64,000 nt of DNA. Source: the human T2T-CHM13v2.0 reference genome, Homo sapiens. Made by a program: the position numbers and the translations under genes. Where the stretch lies: NCBI RefSeq assembly GCF_009914755.1, contig NC_060948.1. One strand, written 5' to 3'. Below, one piece after another: positions 60,514-64,000 of this stretch (position 1 is the first letter of the stretch; the number at the start of each line of letters is the position of its first letter). Under the pieces are notes generated by a model. That model was given only the letters and a program-made list of their open reading frames with translations. It was not told the DNA's origin and made no database searches.

Positions 60514-62611
60514 AGATCCATATTTTTTAAATGAAAAAAAATTTCAAAGGTACTCTGCTTGGTACAATAATAAAATGTATAAACTGAGGAATAAAACATA
60601 ACCATGAAACCTACTTATAACTGCATATGGAAAATACAGAGGATAGTTTTTTAAATAACATATTTTGAAAGCCTTAACTAGTAATTTGAAGAGTTGGCAT
60701 TTGAAAGGCCAGTATGAATATACCTTCAAAGCAGCAACACAGGTTCCCCATGAGAAAAAGCAAACACAGGGAAAATAAAAACACAAAGGTTCAATCTCTT
60801 CTGACCTTTGAAAGACACAGCACAGACAGTGGTCCTTAGGACGAAGAGCAGGAGACCCCTAATTCCGTCACCATGGCGATAGGGCATAAACATTGCTGGG
60901 TGAGGGCACAATCCACATTGTGAGGTCCAACTGCTGCCAGGAAGACAGGAGTGCTTTTACATAGACCGAAAGGTCATTGAAGGCTCAGAGTTTTGTTTCA
61001 AGAACTGAATCCCAAGCCCACACGTTATTAGGCTGCGCTTCTTAAAACAAGTTATGAGATGGGAAAAAGGGCACCCACAAACATACGTATACATTATGTA
61101 TATAATAATATACAGTATCATATATATAATATATATAACCTATGTATAATATTGTTTTACATCCTGCATCTTATGTTATATATATTGTATAAAATATAAT
61201 AATTGATAATATATAAGTTTTATAATTATACAATATGACATATAGTATATATTATAATTTATGACATATATAATATATGTTATATATCATATATAGAATA
61301 TATTATACGGTTAATATACGTATTAAATATAAATTATACATTATATATATTATATATAATATATCTGTTATATATAATACCCATTATGCATAATATATAT
61401 ATTATGTCTATGTTATATATAGTATAAAACAACATATAATAATATATAATTGTATATATAAAATGTGACATATAATATATATTATATTTTATAACATATG
61501 TAATATATATTATATATAATACGTTGTATGTATAATACCTATATTAAATATATATTATATGAGTATGTTATTAATTACATGTCACATGTGTTATATATTA
61601 TATATTTTACATAGAATATACCGGTTACATACAATATATACTATGTTACCTATAATGTATAATTTATTACATGTAAAATAAAGAATGCAATATATTATGT
61701 AAAATTTATAACATACAATATGTGGAATGTGATGTATATAACATATAATATATGATATATGATATACAGTATATGATATATAACATACAATATATGATTC
61801 CTAATATATATGGTATACAATATATATTTTATGATATGTATTCTATATGTTTTATATTCTGTTATATATAACTATTTGAAATTATATATAACTGTATAAT
61901 ATTTTATGTAAATATGTAATATAATATATATAACTATATAATATATTATATATAACTATATATTATGTTATATATACTTTTATAACATAATTTACATAAA
62001 ATATCATAATATAATATATATTATATTATTTCATATTACATAATATATATTATATATCACCCAATATAACTAACATACATAATATTATAATATAGATTAT
62101 ATTGTGTAATATTAAATATCATATATATCATGTATCATATATTCTATAATATATATTACACATTATATAACATGTATGTTGTCTATTATGTGATATATAT
62201 AACTATATATATAATTATATTTTTATACATATAACTAGATAAACATGTAATTCTACATATTTTCATTTATAATATGTAGAATTATATAATCATATATAAT
62301 TATTTATATTGTATAAAAAATTTTATCATTATATAAATTATAATATATAAAAATTATAATAGGTACTACAAATATATATATTATATATCATATATGATAT
62401 AGTACCTTTGTTATATATCATAATACATATAAATGTGTATTATGTTATCTATAATTATATAATTTCATATATAAGATGTATAATATGTATCATATATTAT
62501 ATATGTTATGTAATATATATAGTATATATAAGATGACACAGGATAAATATTATATACTATGACATATAAAATATATGAGGTTATATGTTACATATAAGGC
62601 ATAGCACATAA

Positions 62612-62926
<315 letters not shown>

Positions 62927-64000
62927 AGATCCATATTTTTTAAATGAAAAAAAATTTCAAAGGTACTCTGCTTGGTACAATAATCAAATGTATAAACTGA
63001 GGAATAAAACATAACCATGAAACCTACTTATAACTGCATATGGAAAATACAGAGGATAATTTTTTAAATAACATATTTTGAAAGACTTAACTAGTAATTT
63101 GAAGAGTTGGCATTTGAAAGGCCAGTATGAATATACCTTCAAAGCAGCAACACAGGTTCCCCATGAGAAAAAGCAAACACAGGGAAAATAAAAACACAAA
63201 GGTTCAATCTCTTCTGACCTTTGAAAGACACAGCACAGACAGTGGTCCTTAGGACGAAGAGCAGGAGACCCCTAATTCCGTCACCATGGCGATAGGGCAT
63301 AAACATTGCTGGGTGAGGGCACAATCCACATTGTGAGGTCCAACTGCTGCCAGGAAGACAGGAGTGCTTTTACATAGACCGAAAGGTCATTGAAGGCTCA
63401 GAGTTTTGTTTCAAGAACTGAATCCCAAGCCCACACGTTATTAGGCTGCGCTTCTTAAAACAAGTTATGAGATGGGAAAAAGGGCACCCACAAATATAAG
63501 TATACATTATGTATATAATAATATACAGTATCATATATATAATATATATAACCTATGTATAATATTGTTTTACATCCTGCATCTTATGTTATATATATTG
63601 TATAAAATATAATAATTGATAATATATAAGTTTCATAATTATACAATATGACATATAGTATATATTATAATTTATGACATATATAATATATGTTATATAT
63701 CATATATAGAATATATTATACGGTTAATATACGTATTAAATATAAATTATACATTATATATATTATATATAATATATCTGTTATATATAATACCCATTAT
63801 GTATAATATATATATTATGTCTATGTTATATATAGTATAAAACAACATATAATAATATATAATTGTATATATAAAATGCGACATATAATATATATTATAT
63901 TTTATAACATATGTAATATATATTATATATAATACGTTGTATGTATAATACCTATATTAAATATATATTATATGACTATGTTATTAATTACATGTCACAT

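Overview
The whole 64-kb window is one uninterrupted head-to-tail array of about 26.5 near-identical ~2.4-kb monomers (periods 2407-2422 bp, mean ~2415, taken from the recurring ORF-track coordinates). Each monomer has three parts: a diverged, slightly 5'-truncated Alu on the minus strand (292 bp), a ~570-bp moderately GC-rich HSATI-like segment, and a ~1.55-kb extremely AT-rich degenerate (TA)n-type block. This is the known human DYZ2/HSat1B composite satellite, most likely from Yq12 heterochromatin (the location is inferred). I find no real genes and no new gene system; all ORFs are repeat artefacts. The informative signal is in the variants between monomers: nested multi-monomer duplications (offsets 2422, 4824, 4832, 7241, 12083 and 31407/33830 bp), mosaic monomers, locally templated multi-base changes, and retained Pol III box-like motifs in the amplified Alu.
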